Virus record (IMG/VR): IMGVR_UViG_3300037743_000183
Span: 1 to 50,360 of that record
Length of the DNA: 50,360 nt
Direction: 5' to 3' (one strand)
Origin: a virus
Taxonomy: Duplodnaviria > Caudoviricetes
Part shown: positions 1 to 8,154 of the stretch, one piece after another
How the letters are laid out: every line of letters begins with the position of its first letter
Numbering within the stretch: position 1 is the first letter of the stretch
Position numbers and translations under genes: made by a program
The notes under the pieces: model-generated
What the model saw: the letters and a program-made list of their open reading frames with translations, nothing else
The model's database searches: none
Told to the model about the DNA's origin: nothing

Positions 1-21
1 TACACACATAACCCCGACGAC
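1..21. repeat. 21-bp terminal overlap (circular assembly), identical to 50340..50360
   Basis: tacacacataaccccgacgac at both ends; gene order HNH to terS is continuous across the join. Confidence 0.9.
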
Positions 22-143
22 TGCTTGCGTCGGCTGCGTGGCCAAGATCAAAAACTGACCCCCGGGGGGGACTTGGTACTGGTCGTGTTGCGATTGACGT
101 TTCGGGAACAAACCGGACATAGATGTTAGTCGCATAGATGCAT

Positions 144-443
144 TCACCAGTCTCTTGATCGTGGTTGGGGTGCCAAGCTGCGGTGGCCACGCACCTGGTT
201 ACAGTTTTGGGCGCAGGTTGGGCAGGGGTTGTGTGGTGCGCCGTGGGCTGGGGCGAGGTTGGAGCGGTGGTTCACCCCGTCGTAGTTACCGAACCGAGCC
301 AGCCAGTCTTTGACTCGGATGATGTGGTCGGCGGTGCGTGCGCCGTTGTGGCCGCAGAGCCAACACTGGTCTGATTCGGCGAGCATGGCGGCGACGATGC
401 TGCGGTAGCGCTGACCGTCTCGGGGGTCACCTGGTCGGGACAT
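144..443 (-). CDS. HNH endonuclease, packaging-associated (HK97 gp74-like position)
   Basis: CWLCG..TADHI..NLAPAH..CPTC..CN motif; lies just before terS across the circular join; ATG at 443. Confidence 0.85.
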   Translation of the reverse strand: MSRPGDPRDGQRYRSIVAAMLAESDQCWLCGHNGARTADHIIRVKDWLARFGNYDGVNHRSNLAPAHGAPHNPCPTCAQNCNQVRGHRSLAPQPRSRDW

Positions 444-468
444 CGGCCCATTCCCCGCACGAGCACGC
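443..468. repeat. 26-bp direct repeat, second copy at 1037..1062
   Basis: tcggcccattccccgcacgagcacgc exact in both places. Confidence 0.9.
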
Positions 469-475
469 CTGGCAG

Positions 476-712
476 TCAGCCACCGTCCGACCCCAGCACC
501 GCCCAGAGCACCAGCAGAGCCGCTACGACACCCCACAGCCACATGGTGATCAGCGATATACGTCCCTGCCGGCGCCAGAAGACCTCCATCTCCCGCCAGA
601 AGACCTCCATCTCCCGCCAGAACCGGACGCTGTCAGACCAGAAGTCAGGATGGCCCGGCGGCAGGGTGGTGGGCTTCGGAACCGGGTTGCTCAGCGGGTT
701 ACGCATGGTCAT
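476..712 (-). CDS. small membrane protein with FWREMEV tandem repeat
   Basis: C-terminal hydrophobic helix; 21-bp unit cgccagaagacctccatctcc x2 plus a partial copy at 573..622. Confidence 0.6.
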   Translation of the reverse strand: MTMRNPLSNPVPKPTTLPPGHPDFWSDSVRFWREMEVFWREMEVFWRRQGRISLITMWLWGVVAALLVLWAVLGSDGG

Positions 713-1034
713 CCTCCAGCATGGGTAGGCCGAGCCGGCGGGCCTCGGCGCGGATGTGCTGCCGCTCCTGTTCGAGGGTGGCCTGTCGGCGCTGGCGGCG
801 TTCGGCCCGGGTGGGGAGGGTGACCAGCCGGTAGGCGCCGAGCCCGGCGTAGTAGACGACCGCGAGCGCGGCTGTCAGAGGAGCGAGAAGCGGGGCGAAG
901 ATGATGATGACCGCGGTCATGAACACGTTCTCGGCGAGTTCGTCGTCACCGAACAGGTCCGTATGGTAGGCGATGCGAGCGAGGATCAGCCCGAGCAGCA
1001 ACCACCCGCCGGCGATCAGCAGCGGCTCAACCAT
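699..1034 (-). CDS. hypothetical membrane protein
   Basis: MVEPLLIAGGWLLLG...; two to three hydrophobic segments; overlaps neighbours. Confidence 0.65.
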   Translation of the reverse strand: MVEPLLIAGGWLLLGLILARIAYHTDLFGDDELAENVFMTAVIIIFAPLLAPLTAALAVVYYAGLGAYRLVTLPTRAERRQRRQATLEQERQHIRAEARRLGLPMLEDDHA

Positions 1035-1191
1035 CGTCGGCCCATTCCCCGCACGAGCACGCGGTGTCGCTGGTGCGCAGCACGCCCGTGCCATCGCATG
1101 CGTGGCAGCCGGGCCAGTGCCGCCAGCGTCGGCGCCGCCCCTGGTCGTCCAACCTGTAGTGCTCACGGGAGATCAGCTCGTAGCGCCTCAC
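1027..1191 (-). CDS. 54-aa Cys-rich (CxxC...CxC) protein, absent from ORF track
   Basis: Hand translation VRRYELISREH...GCHACDGTGVLRTSDTACSCGEWADDG; GTGA overlap with upstream stop. Confidence 0.6.
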   Translation of the reverse strand: MRRYELISREHYRLDDQGRRRRWRHWPGCHACDGTGVLRTSDTACSCGEWADDG

Positions 1192-1457
1192 TGGTCCGCG
1201 TCCTCTCCGCCGGCCGGGGCCAGCTGCGGGTTGCCGGACCTGTCCAGCCAGAGCAGCACCAGCACCGCAACCGCCCGGTCGCCACCCTCGCCGCGCTCCA
1301 GCCGCATCACCGTGGACGCGGCCACCCCGATCTGCTCGGCGGCCTTGTGCATGCTCAGCCGGCGGGCACGGCGAGCCTCGCGGACCAGCAGCGGAAGCTG
1401 CTCAAGCAGGTCGGCCAGCTCGGTGTACGAGATCAGGTCGCATGCCGGCTCACCCAC
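1188..1457 (-). CDS. XRE-family HTH DNA-binding protein
   Basis: VREARRARRLSMHKAAEQIGVAASTVMRLERG; GGAGG RBS before GTG. Confidence 0.8.
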   Translation of the reverse strand: MGEPACDLISYTELADLLEQLPLLVREARRARRLSMHKAAEQIGVAASTVMRLERGEGGDRAVAVLVLLWLDRSGNPQLAPAGGEDADQ

Positions 1458-3051
1458 CGTCGCCACCTCCGTCCGGCTCCGGGCTGCCGGGGACGGGGCG
1501 GGTGCCGGCGCGGATCTCGGCGACCCGCCGCTCGGCTGCGTAGGCGCCGCGCAGCAGCCCCCGCCGGTGGCTGTCCGCACCACAATTGGCGGCTTGCTGC
1601 CGGATGTGACCCACCAGGTTGTCGAGCGCGTCGGCTGCGGCGTCCCGGCGGATCTCCTCACGCAGCACGGGCTGCCGGGCCATCCACTGCTCGACCAGCC
1701 CCGGCGTGGCTACGTCGTCGCCCTCCTCCTCCGGGATGTGCTCGGCCAGCCGCTCGGCCCATCCCTCGTACTGGTCCACGTCGTCCAGCAGCGCCCGTAG
1801 CTGGTCCAGCTCTTCACCTGTGGCATCGGCGCAGCTCCGGGCGATCAGGCCTTCCACGGTGTGCCGGTCCCAGCCCGGCCCGTCTGTCGCCCGGTACTCG
1901 GCGTGCCGGCGGGCGGTGGCCAGCCGGTCCATGTCGGCCACCAGCTCGACCCGCTCAACGGTCAGCCGCTCGCACGCCTCATGCAACCGGCGCCCGGCGG
2001 CGGTCACCTGGGCCAGCTCGGCGTTCGCGTTGGCTAGGCGTAACTGCCATTCCTGGCTCTCGGCGCGGGCGGTGGCCAGTTCGCGCTCGTGCTGTGCGGC
2101 GGCCCATTCGTGCGTGCGGAACAACGCCTCCCGGTCGGCGGTCACCTGGGCCAGCTCGGCGCGGACGGCGTTGCGCTCGGCTACCCACTCGTCCGCCTGC
2201 CCCCACGGTCGATCCGCCAGGCGCCGTAGCCCGTCCCGGTCGGCGAGCAGGGCGACTAGTTGCTCGCCTGCACCGCGGCGCGTCAGCCGGTCCAGTTGCA
2301 ACGGGCCATCATCCGCGAGAAGCAGGTCGCGCAGCTGCGCGATAGTCTCCCGGTCCCACCCGGGGCCGCCGGCCGGGGGTGGGTCGGCTGGTGGTGTGCC
2401 GGCGGGCTCCCCGAGCGCGTCCACGGCGGCCCACACGTCCGATTCGGCATCGTCCACGTCCGACTGGCCGATGTCCGGGCTGATCGCGGTACAGATGTGC
2501 CGCCAGCGGCTGACCGCCTCCAGCACCCGGGCGACGGCCGGGTCCACCAGCAGCACCTCGCGCACGTCCGTCCATGTGGCCTCGATCTCGTCGCGAGTCC
2601 AGCCCCACCAGGCTTCGTTTCCGCCCCACCGGCCGTGAGTGTTGTAGACATGCGCGCCGTGCGCGCCGCCATTGGCCAGCAGCGCCCGTCCCAGGATGGC
2701 CGGGCCGGTGGGCGCTGATGCCAACGGAACGGCCGGTTCACTTTGCACGTCACCCCCTGACGCCAAGTCTGCTTGGGTCCCCCCCGGGGTAGGGGCGGCG
2801 GCTGCCGGGGCGTCCTGGGCCGGCTGGGTGGGCGCGGCGGATGGTTCCGGGGTGTCGGCCCACGGGAGCCCGTAGCCCGCCTCGATCTGGTTGGCCAGCC
2901 CGAGCAGCATGGCCCCGGGGGCGCGGGTCGGCTCACCGCGCAGATTGGCGGCCCACCGCAGCGCGGCGGCCCACTCCCGGCGGCGGGCCGTGGTCGGCAT
3001 CGGCTTGGGCTGGCCGAGCGGCACGCTCGGCGGTAGCGGAATGTCAGCCAC
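1450..3051 (-). CDS. large mosaic hypothetical protein with coiled coil and internal repeats
   Basis: Long ORF; GPGWDR x2, AELAQVTA x2 (26-bp DNA repeat 1998..2023 / 2136..2161); start uncertain. Confidence 0.65.
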   Translation of the reverse strand: MADIPLPPSVPLGQPKPMPTTARRREWAAALRWAANLRGEPTRAPGAMLLGLANQIEAGYGLPWADTPEPSAAPTQPAQDAPAAAAPTPGGTQADLASGGDVQSEPAVPLASAPTGPAILGRALLANGGAHGAHVYNTHGRWGGNEAWWGWTRDEIEATWTDVREVLLVDPAVARVLEAVSRWRHICTAISPDIGQSDVDDAESDVWAAVDALGEPAGTPPADPPPAGGPGWDRETIAQLRDLLLADDGPLQLDRLTRRGAGEQLVALLADRDGLRRLADRPWGQADEWVAERNAVRAELAQVTADREALFRTHEWAAAQHERELATARAESQEWQLRLANANAELAQVTAAGRRLHEACERLTVERVELVADMDRLATARRHAEYRATDGPGWDRHTVEGLIARSCADATGEELDQLRALLDDVDQYEGWAERLAEHIPEEEGDDVATPGLVEQWMARQPVLREEIRRDAAADALDNLVGHIRQQAANCGADSHRRGLLRGAYAAERRVAEIRAGTRPVPGSPEPDGGGDGG

Positions 3052-3289
3052 GGTCGGAGTCCTCCATCCACCCATATGTGTGCGCAACATGTTGGATGTT
3101 TCGGACTAGCTGGTCGAACTCAAAGGCGGGGTGGTGCCGCATAGCATGCGCGGGGGCCTTTATCTCGACGTCGGCCAGTCCACGCATCGCAAGGATCAGT
3201 GCCACCCGGTAGTCGGCGTGGTCGCGGCTCACCTTTATCAGCTGGCCGCCGCCATCGTCAGTCTCAAGCTTGATCGTGACCTTGTACAT
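3044..3289 (-). CDS. hypothetical protein
   Basis: MYKVTIKLETDD...; GGGAG RBS; protein-like composition. Confidence 0.6.
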   Translation of the reverse strand: MYKVTIKLETDDGGGQLIKVSRDHADYRVALILAMRGLADVEIKAPAHAMRHHPAFEFDQLVRNIQHVAHTYGWMEDSDRG

Positions 3290-3365
3290 TGACGTAACTC
3301 CCCGCGTCTGGTGGGTGGTCAAGGTGGGTCCTTTCGTGCGAGCCGCTCGGAGCGGCAGGTCGGGG

Positions 3366-4058
3366 TCATGGCGTCTGCTTGGCGCAGACGTTGCGGTGGT
3401 AGGCGCTGCTGGTGGGGTTGCCGCAGCGTGGGCAGGTGGGTGATGTTCGGACGTTCGGCTCACCGCCCGCCGCGCCGCCAGCGCGCTGGCGGCGGGCGGT
3501 GCTGCGGTGGCCCGCCACCGCCTCCTTCGGGGCGGGGCGGGGCGGGGTGGGCGTTACAGACGTGTCGTGAGACGTGTCGTTGGACGCGTCTATATCGGCA
3601 TCCTTTTTAGGACCATCCCGCGCGTTCCCGGACATACCCGTTGTGGATAAGTCGGCTGGCCCTGTGGATGACGCCCCGATCCGCTTGGCGAGCCAGCGGG
3701 CCTGCCGTTCGGCCTTGGCCCGGCGTTGCTGGACCACCTTCGCCCGGCTGGGCTGGTAGTTCCAGTAGTCGTGGATAACCCACCCGTCGGCGTGTGTGCC
3801 GTCTGCTGGGCATGCTGTCGACGGGCAGTTGTGGCCCGCTTCGTGGAACAATCCCCGCCGCACCAGTTCAAGGACGAACGTTGCCGGCTTGCGCACCTGC
3901 GCACACACCTGGTCGAGGTCGCCAGTGGGAATCCAACCGTCCATGAGGTTGCGATTGCTCCACGGGATGCTCGCCGAGTGTAGGCGGTACGCCGGATCCG
4001 ACAACGCCGCGACCTTGCGGTGGATCGGGTACTGGTCATCGAACCGGACCCAGGGCAT
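3366..4058 (-). CDS. replication initiator-like protein (actinophage RepA-like)
   Basis: MPWVRFDD..HRKV..LSD.AYRL..DGWIP..GWVIHDYWNYQPS motif; position downstream of RecT/RuvC; internal repeats. Confidence 0.7.
   Translation of the reverse strand: MPWVRFDDQYPIHRKVAALSDPAYRLHSASIPWSNRNLMDGWIPTGDLDQVCAQVRKPATFVLELVRRGLFHEAGHNCPSTACPADGTHADGWVIHDYWNYQPSRAKVVQQRRAKAERQARWLAKRIGASSTGPADLSTTGMSGNARDGPKKDADIDASNDTSHDTSVTPTPPRPAPKEAVAGHRSTARRQRAGGAAGGEPNVRTSPTCPRCGNPTSSAYHRNVCAKQTP
3558..3778. other. putative replication origin within rep gene (iteron-like repeats + DnaA boxes)
   Basis: agacgtgtcgt x2 (3558, 3570) plus a variant at 3582; TGTGGATAA 3642..3650 is a perfect TTATCCACA on the - strand; 1-mismatch boxes at 3663..3671 and 3770..3778. 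Confidence 0.6.
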
Positions 4059-4294
4059 CAGGCGGCTCCTTGCTCCGGTGCGCTTTCCGCCGTGGCGGGT
4101 GCGGGCTTCCGGATGGGTCGGTGGCCGAACACCGCGTGGTGCGCGGCCATGCTGTCGGGGTGGTCTCGGTAGCGGCCGAGGCAGGTGCATTCGAGCACGG
4201 GGGCGGCGGGTGGTATGGCGGTGGTGGTGTAGGCGGCGGCGGGCCGGTCTGGGTTGGCGGTGCGGCCGCGGTCGCGGGAGCCGGGGCGGGTCAC
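4058..4294 (-). CDS. hypothetical protein
   Basis: Coupled start/stop overlaps on both sides; CxC...H..H motif. Confidence 0.5.
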   Translation of the reverse strand: MTRPGSRDRGRTANPDRPAAAYTTTAIPPAAPVLECTCLGRYRDHPDSMAAHHAVFGHRPIRKPAPATAESAPEQGAA

Positions 4295-5031
4295 GGGAGT
4301 TGCTCCTCGTACCATGAATCGTCGATGCCGTCGCGGTTGGCCTGCCGTAACCGTTCATCCGGCGTCATAGGCATATGCCAGCCGGCACGCCACCAGAAGC
4401 CACACGCGAGGCACAGTCGGCCAAATCCACCTACGGCGTTCATGTCTTCGTTGGTGGGCATGACCAAGCCACCGGAACCACGCCACCACCAACACCGGCG
4501 GCACTGCTCCCAAATCCGCGACTCGTCCCAGGCGGTAAGTCCTTCGCTCTGCAGTACGAACTCCGGTGGCATGTCGCCCAGGTGGAACGCGCCGAATGTG
4601 CTGGACCCGTCGCGGTTGGCCTGCCGGCTGTAGTAGCCGCCACGCCTGAGGTAGTCGCTAAGGAGGCCTATGCTGCCGATGAACCACGGCCCGAGTCGGC
4701 GTGAGTCGGGTTCGGACTCGAAGCCGTAAATGGTGAAGTGCCCCCAGCCAGCGCGGATTTTCGGCATCTCGGTCTCGACGCGGGATGGTCGGTCCAGTCG
4801 GACGGTGAACTGGTCGCGGTAGCGCCGGATGTACTGGTGCCGCCGAGCTCGGGCCGAGATTCGGATCTCGCGATCCCGGACTGGCACAACGGTGGACAGG
4901 ATGAAGTCGGTGTTCCGCTTCCAGTCTTCCTCGGCCGGCGCGACGCTTACCCGCATCGCGTGCTGGGCGATCTCGCTGAAGTGGCCCCGGAACTTCTGCT
5001 GCCACTCGAAGTCTTCTTCAAACGTCCCCAC
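4291..5031 (-). CDS. putative PD-(D/E)XK-like nuclease with C-terminal Zn ribbon
   Basis: EED...TDF...RISARARR..YRDQFTVR..ETEMPKI..GWG..YGF; CxxC..CxxC; adjacent to MT-A70. Confidence 0.45.
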   Translation of the reverse strand: MGTFEEDFEWQQKFRGHFSEIAQHAMRVSVAPAEEDWKRNTDFILSTVVPVRDREIRISARARRHQYIRRYRDQFTVRLDRPSRVETEMPKIRAGWGHFTIYGFESEPDSRRLGPWFIGSIGLLSDYLRRGGYYSRQANRDGSSTFGAFHLGDMPPEFVLQSEGLTAWDESRIWEQCRRCWWWRGSGGLVMPTNEDMNAVGGFGRLCLACGFWWRAGWHMPMTPDERLRQANRDGIDDSWYEEQLP

Positions 5032-6058
5032 GGTGGCTCGCCTCCAACCCCCACGGCTCGAACCCGTCGTGCTCGACACCGGGGAACATGTCCAGCCGTG
5101 GGGCGGGGCTGGCTTCGCGCACCCGGTCGTAGAACACGTCCGGCTTGACGCTGTGGCCCCGCACTGGGGCGTCGAACGACAGGCGAAGGCCGAGCTTCTG
5201 TAGCGGTAGGTTCCCACGCCGCCCGAACAGGACATGTTCGGTGTCGTACATCCACGAGTACGGTGTGATGCCCACGTTCTTGCGCCAGGTCATGACGCAC
5301 TGGTAGCGGAAGCCCCACTTCTCCAGCAGCTCCAGTCCGAGCGGCAGGTACTTGTGGGTGACCCACAGGTAGATGTGCGCGTCGTCCGCCGAGGACTCGC
5401 GCACCGGCAGCCACGCTTCGTCGGCAAGCTGGTCGGCGGTCATGGTTGTGTAGTCCAGCTTCCGACCCTGGTCCGGGCGGGCGTCGCGGTCGATCTTCGG
5501 CATGGGCCACGGCGGGTCTATGACGATGCACCGGTACTTGCCCGGCGGCGGCGGCACGGGTTCGGCGACTGCGGCGGGACCGCGCTGTGCGGCGGCGGCG
5601 CGGCGCAGGCCACGGATGCCGAGGTCGTCACCGGCCTGGTTGGCCTGCTTCACGAGTTCGTCAATGTCAGCGCCTGCCAGGACAGCGCGCAGTTGTCGGG
5701 CGGCGTTGACGACCACTGCGGCATGAGTGCTAGCCGCCTTCCGCGCTTCGTCGGTGTCCTCCTTCGGGTCGATGCCGAGGAGCCCGGGTAGCGTGAAAGT
5801 ATTAGCACCGTTAATACTTTTCGGTCGCCCAGTGGCGATGCTGCCGTCGGCTTGTCCGGCGTCCACGAAGTCCGCGAGCAGGATCATCGCCTTGGCCTTG
5901 ATTCCGGTGGCGTAGTTGATCGCCTCATGACCGAGCCCGCGCATCTGTGCGTACCTGCGCGCAGCCTCAGCCGTCCGCGCCAGCTTCCACGCATCGCTGG
6001 CGCTGGACACTTCGGCCAGCGCCTTGGCGGCGTCGCTCAGCCGCTGCAATTCGTTCAC
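5018..6058 (-). CDS. MT-A70-family N6-adenine methyltransferase with N-terminal extension
   Basis: KYRCIVIDPPW, IYLWVT, WGFRY..MTWRK, TEHVLFG, HSVKPD..RLDMF. Confidence 0.9.
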   Translation of the reverse strand: MNELQRLSDAAKALAEVSSASDAWKLARTAEAARRYAQMRGLGHEAINYATGIKAKAMILLADFVDAGQADGSIATGRPKSINGANTFTLPGLLGIDPKEDTDEARKAASTHAAVVVNAARQLRAVLAGADIDELVKQANQAGDDLGIRGLRRAAAAQRGPAAVAEPVPPPPGKYRCIVIDPPWPMPKIDRDARPDQGRKLDYTTMTADQLADEAWLPVRESSADDAHIYLWVTHKYLPLGLELLEKWGFRYQCVMTWRKNVGITPYSWMYDTEHVLFGRRGNLPLQKLGLRLSFDAPVRGHSVKPDVFYDRVREASPAPRLDMFPGVEHDGFEPWGLEASHRGDV

Positions 6059-6273
6059 CCACGCCCCCTTGGTCGCTGCTGCCACGCATCCTCGATGGAC
6101 CTAGCGCGGGCCATGTGAGCCTCGTACTCGACCTTCGCCGGACCCTCGCCGCGCGCGAGCCGCCATCCCAACGGCGGCCACAGCCGCCCAGCCAAGTCGC
6201 AACCTGGGTGCGTGGTGTGGCCGCCATACGTGGCAGCCGGGTCGATCGGCAGCCCGCACACATCGCAGCTCAT
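6055..6273 (-). CDS. small Zn-finger-like protein
   Basis: MSCDVCGLPID..THPGC; ATGA overlap. Confidence 0.6.
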   Translation of the reverse strand: MSCDVCGLPIDPAATYGGHTTHPGCDLAGRLWPPLGWRLARGEGPAKVEYEAHMARARSIEDAWQQRPRGRG

Positions 6274-6533
6274 GCCGCACCCGGCCGGGGGCCGAACCTC
6301 TCGGCGGTCAGGTCCCGCGGGTCGCCGTCGCGTTCGGCCGCGAGCTCGGCGGCGACCGCGGCCAGCTTGTCCGCCGGCCGGTCGTCGAGCTCCCGCGCCC
6401 GGTCGTCGGCGCGGCATGGGCATTGGCAGTGCTCGGCGTCGCATTCCCACGAGATGTCACCAACGCACGCCCCGGTGGCGCAGTCGACGCACAGCGGCTT
6501 GCCCGACCCGTAGTCCTCGACGTACTCAGCCAT
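6270..6533 (-). CDS. Cys-rich hypothetical protein
   Basis: CVDC..C..C..HCQCPC; coupled overlaps. Confidence 0.6.
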   Translation of the reverse strand: MAEYVEDYGSGKPLCVDCATGACVGDISWECDAEHCQCPCRADDRARELDDRPADKLAAVAAELAAERDGDPRDLTAERFGPRPGAA

Positions 6534-6747
6534 GTCTCATCTCCCGTACGAGCGCTGCCACCTCGGGTGGTGGCCGGCGGCAGGTGGGGCAGGTGGCCTG
6601 ACCGTCGGGGGTGAGCGCCCAGCCGGCGGCCAGCGCTCGTGTCGCGACCGTGCCGGCGCCGCCGTAGAGCCGTTTGCCGCAAGGCGGGCCGTGGGGTTGG
6701 AGCCGGTCGTCCACCTGCCGGCCGGTGCACACGATGGTGACGTTCAT
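6526..6747 (-). CDS. small Zn-ribbon protein
   Basis: MNVTIVC...C...GW...CPTC; ATGA overlap. Confidence 0.6.
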   Translation of the reverse strand: MNVTIVCTGRQVDDRLQPHGPPCGKRLYGGAGTVATRALAAGWALTPDGQATCPTCRRPPPEVAALVREMRHG

Positions 6748-7277
6748 GCCGCCGCCGTCTCCTTCACTGCTGGCCACGCGACCTTCGTCAGCGCGGCCCG
6801 GTGGGCCTCGGGCATGTCCACCATCGGCACGCCCAGGTGGTCGGCGCCCATCGCGGCCAGGACCAGCGCGTCCGCCTCGTCGTTGCCGCGCACCTCAACG
6901 GCGGGGAACCGGCGCACCACCGCGGCTAGTACCTCGTCCTTGGGTGAATTCCCCTTGCCGGTGGCGTACCGTTTCAGCCCGGTGGGGGACACCTCGGCCC
7001 AGGGGATGCCGTGGGCGTCGACCCGCTCCATGACCAGGTGCCACAGTCCGGCGCGGGTGAGGTGTTGGCCGGTCTGCCGGCTGATGGCCAGCCCCTCGAC
7101 CACCACCAGGTCGGCGTCGCGCACGTAGTCCATGACCCGCTGGCGAACCACGCGCAGGCGGATGTACAGGTCCAGTGTGGGTGCCGTGCGGATCCGGTCG
7201 GCCCATCCGGCGCTGCCGGCCACGCCGGTTGATGTGAGGGACAGGTCCAGGCCGATCACACGGCTACGTGGTGGCAT
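6744..7277 (-). CDS. RuvC-like Holliday junction resolvase
   Basis: VIGLDLSLTSTG, LVVVEG, LKRYATGKGNSPK, NDEADA. Confidence 0.9.
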   Translation of the reverse strand: MPPRSRVIGLDLSLTSTGVAGSAGWADRIRTAPTLDLYIRLRVVRQRVMDYVRDADLVVVEGLAISRQTGQHLTRAGLWHLVMERVDAHGIPWAEVSPTGLKRYATGKGNSPKDEVLAAVVRRFPAVEVRGNDEADALVLAAMGADHLGVPMVDMPEAHRAALTKVAWPAVKETAAA

Positions 7278-8154
7278 CGGTCACCCCGCTGCCGGGTTCG
7301 GCCGTGGCCGGCCACTCCTCAGCGACCGGCTCGTCGACCACCTCACCGTCGATGTCCGGCGGCGCCATGTCCACCCCGGCAGGCATCCCCGGCGAGGTGG
7401 CCACGCGGTTCGCCTCAGCGATGGCACGGGCGATCTCCATCCGGAACTCGGCGGACGTGGGCACCCACTTCTGTAGCTGCCGCACGCCGGACTTGAGCCA
7501 CATGCTGGAGGTGTGCAGCTGCCACGGCGAGTATTCGGAGTCGGCACCCTCCGCCGAGCGCTTAATCCGCTCGATGTCGTCTACGTTCAGCTCCACCACT
7601 TGAGATACGGCGCCGTCCTTCATCCGGCCGTAGGCGTACACCCCGACCCGGTCGCCACGTTCGGCGTACGGCGCGAACGGTGTGAAGCGGTGCACCGGCA
7701 CCTCATCGACACCCCGGTCGTACCGGTACTCGTCTTTGAGGTGGACCACCTGCACCACCACGCTGGACACGGCACCGGCGCGGTAGATTAGCTCGATGTG
7801 TCCCTGGTAGCCGACGATCCCCAGGATCTGCAGCCGGCCCTTGACCTTCCGGGGGGTCAGGTAGTACTGCTCGGTGCCGGGTTCCAGCCCTAGCCGGGCA
7901 GCGTCGAGCAGCGCTGCGAGGAACACGCCGGGGTTGTTGGCGGCGGCGGCTTCGAGCACGAACATGCCGCGCTGAGGCGACTTCGGGTCGTCGATCCGCT
8001 TGCCGCGCTTGAGCGCGCCCTGGGCCAGCCGTACCCAGGTCTCGGCCTTGATGTGCGACGGGAGTACCTGGGCGAAGCTGGTGGAGTACTGCTTGATCAG
8101 CCCGGCGGGGCTGTTGTCGCGTTGGGCGACTGCGTTGGTGACGGTCTCAGCCAT
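7264..8154 (-). CDS. recT: RecT-family single-strand annealing protein
   Basis: AARLGLEPG..YYLTP..IVGYQGHIELIYRAG..SPW..MWLKS.VRQLQKWVPTS. Confidence 0.92.
   Translation of the reverse strand: MAETVTNAVAQRDNSPAGLIKQYSTSFAQVLPSHIKAETWVRLAQGALKRGKRIDDPKSPQRGMFVLEAAAANNPGVFLAALLDAARLGLEPGTEQYYLTPRKVKGRLQILGIVGYQGHIELIYRAGAVSSVVVQVVHLKDEYRYDRGVDEVPVHRFTPFAPYAERGDRVGVYAYGRMKDGAVSQVVELNVDDIERIKRSAEGADSEYSPWQLHTSSMWLKSGVRQLQKWVPTSAEFRMEIARAIAEANRVATSPGMPAGVDMAPPDIDGEVVDEPVAEEWPATAEPGSGVTDATT

Noticed and set aside
756-2345. Long + strand ORFs here and at 15295..16287, 29324..30316 and 40437..41720
   Set aside because: Antisense shadows of well-supported - strand genes in high-GC DNA; low-complexity translations with no motifs
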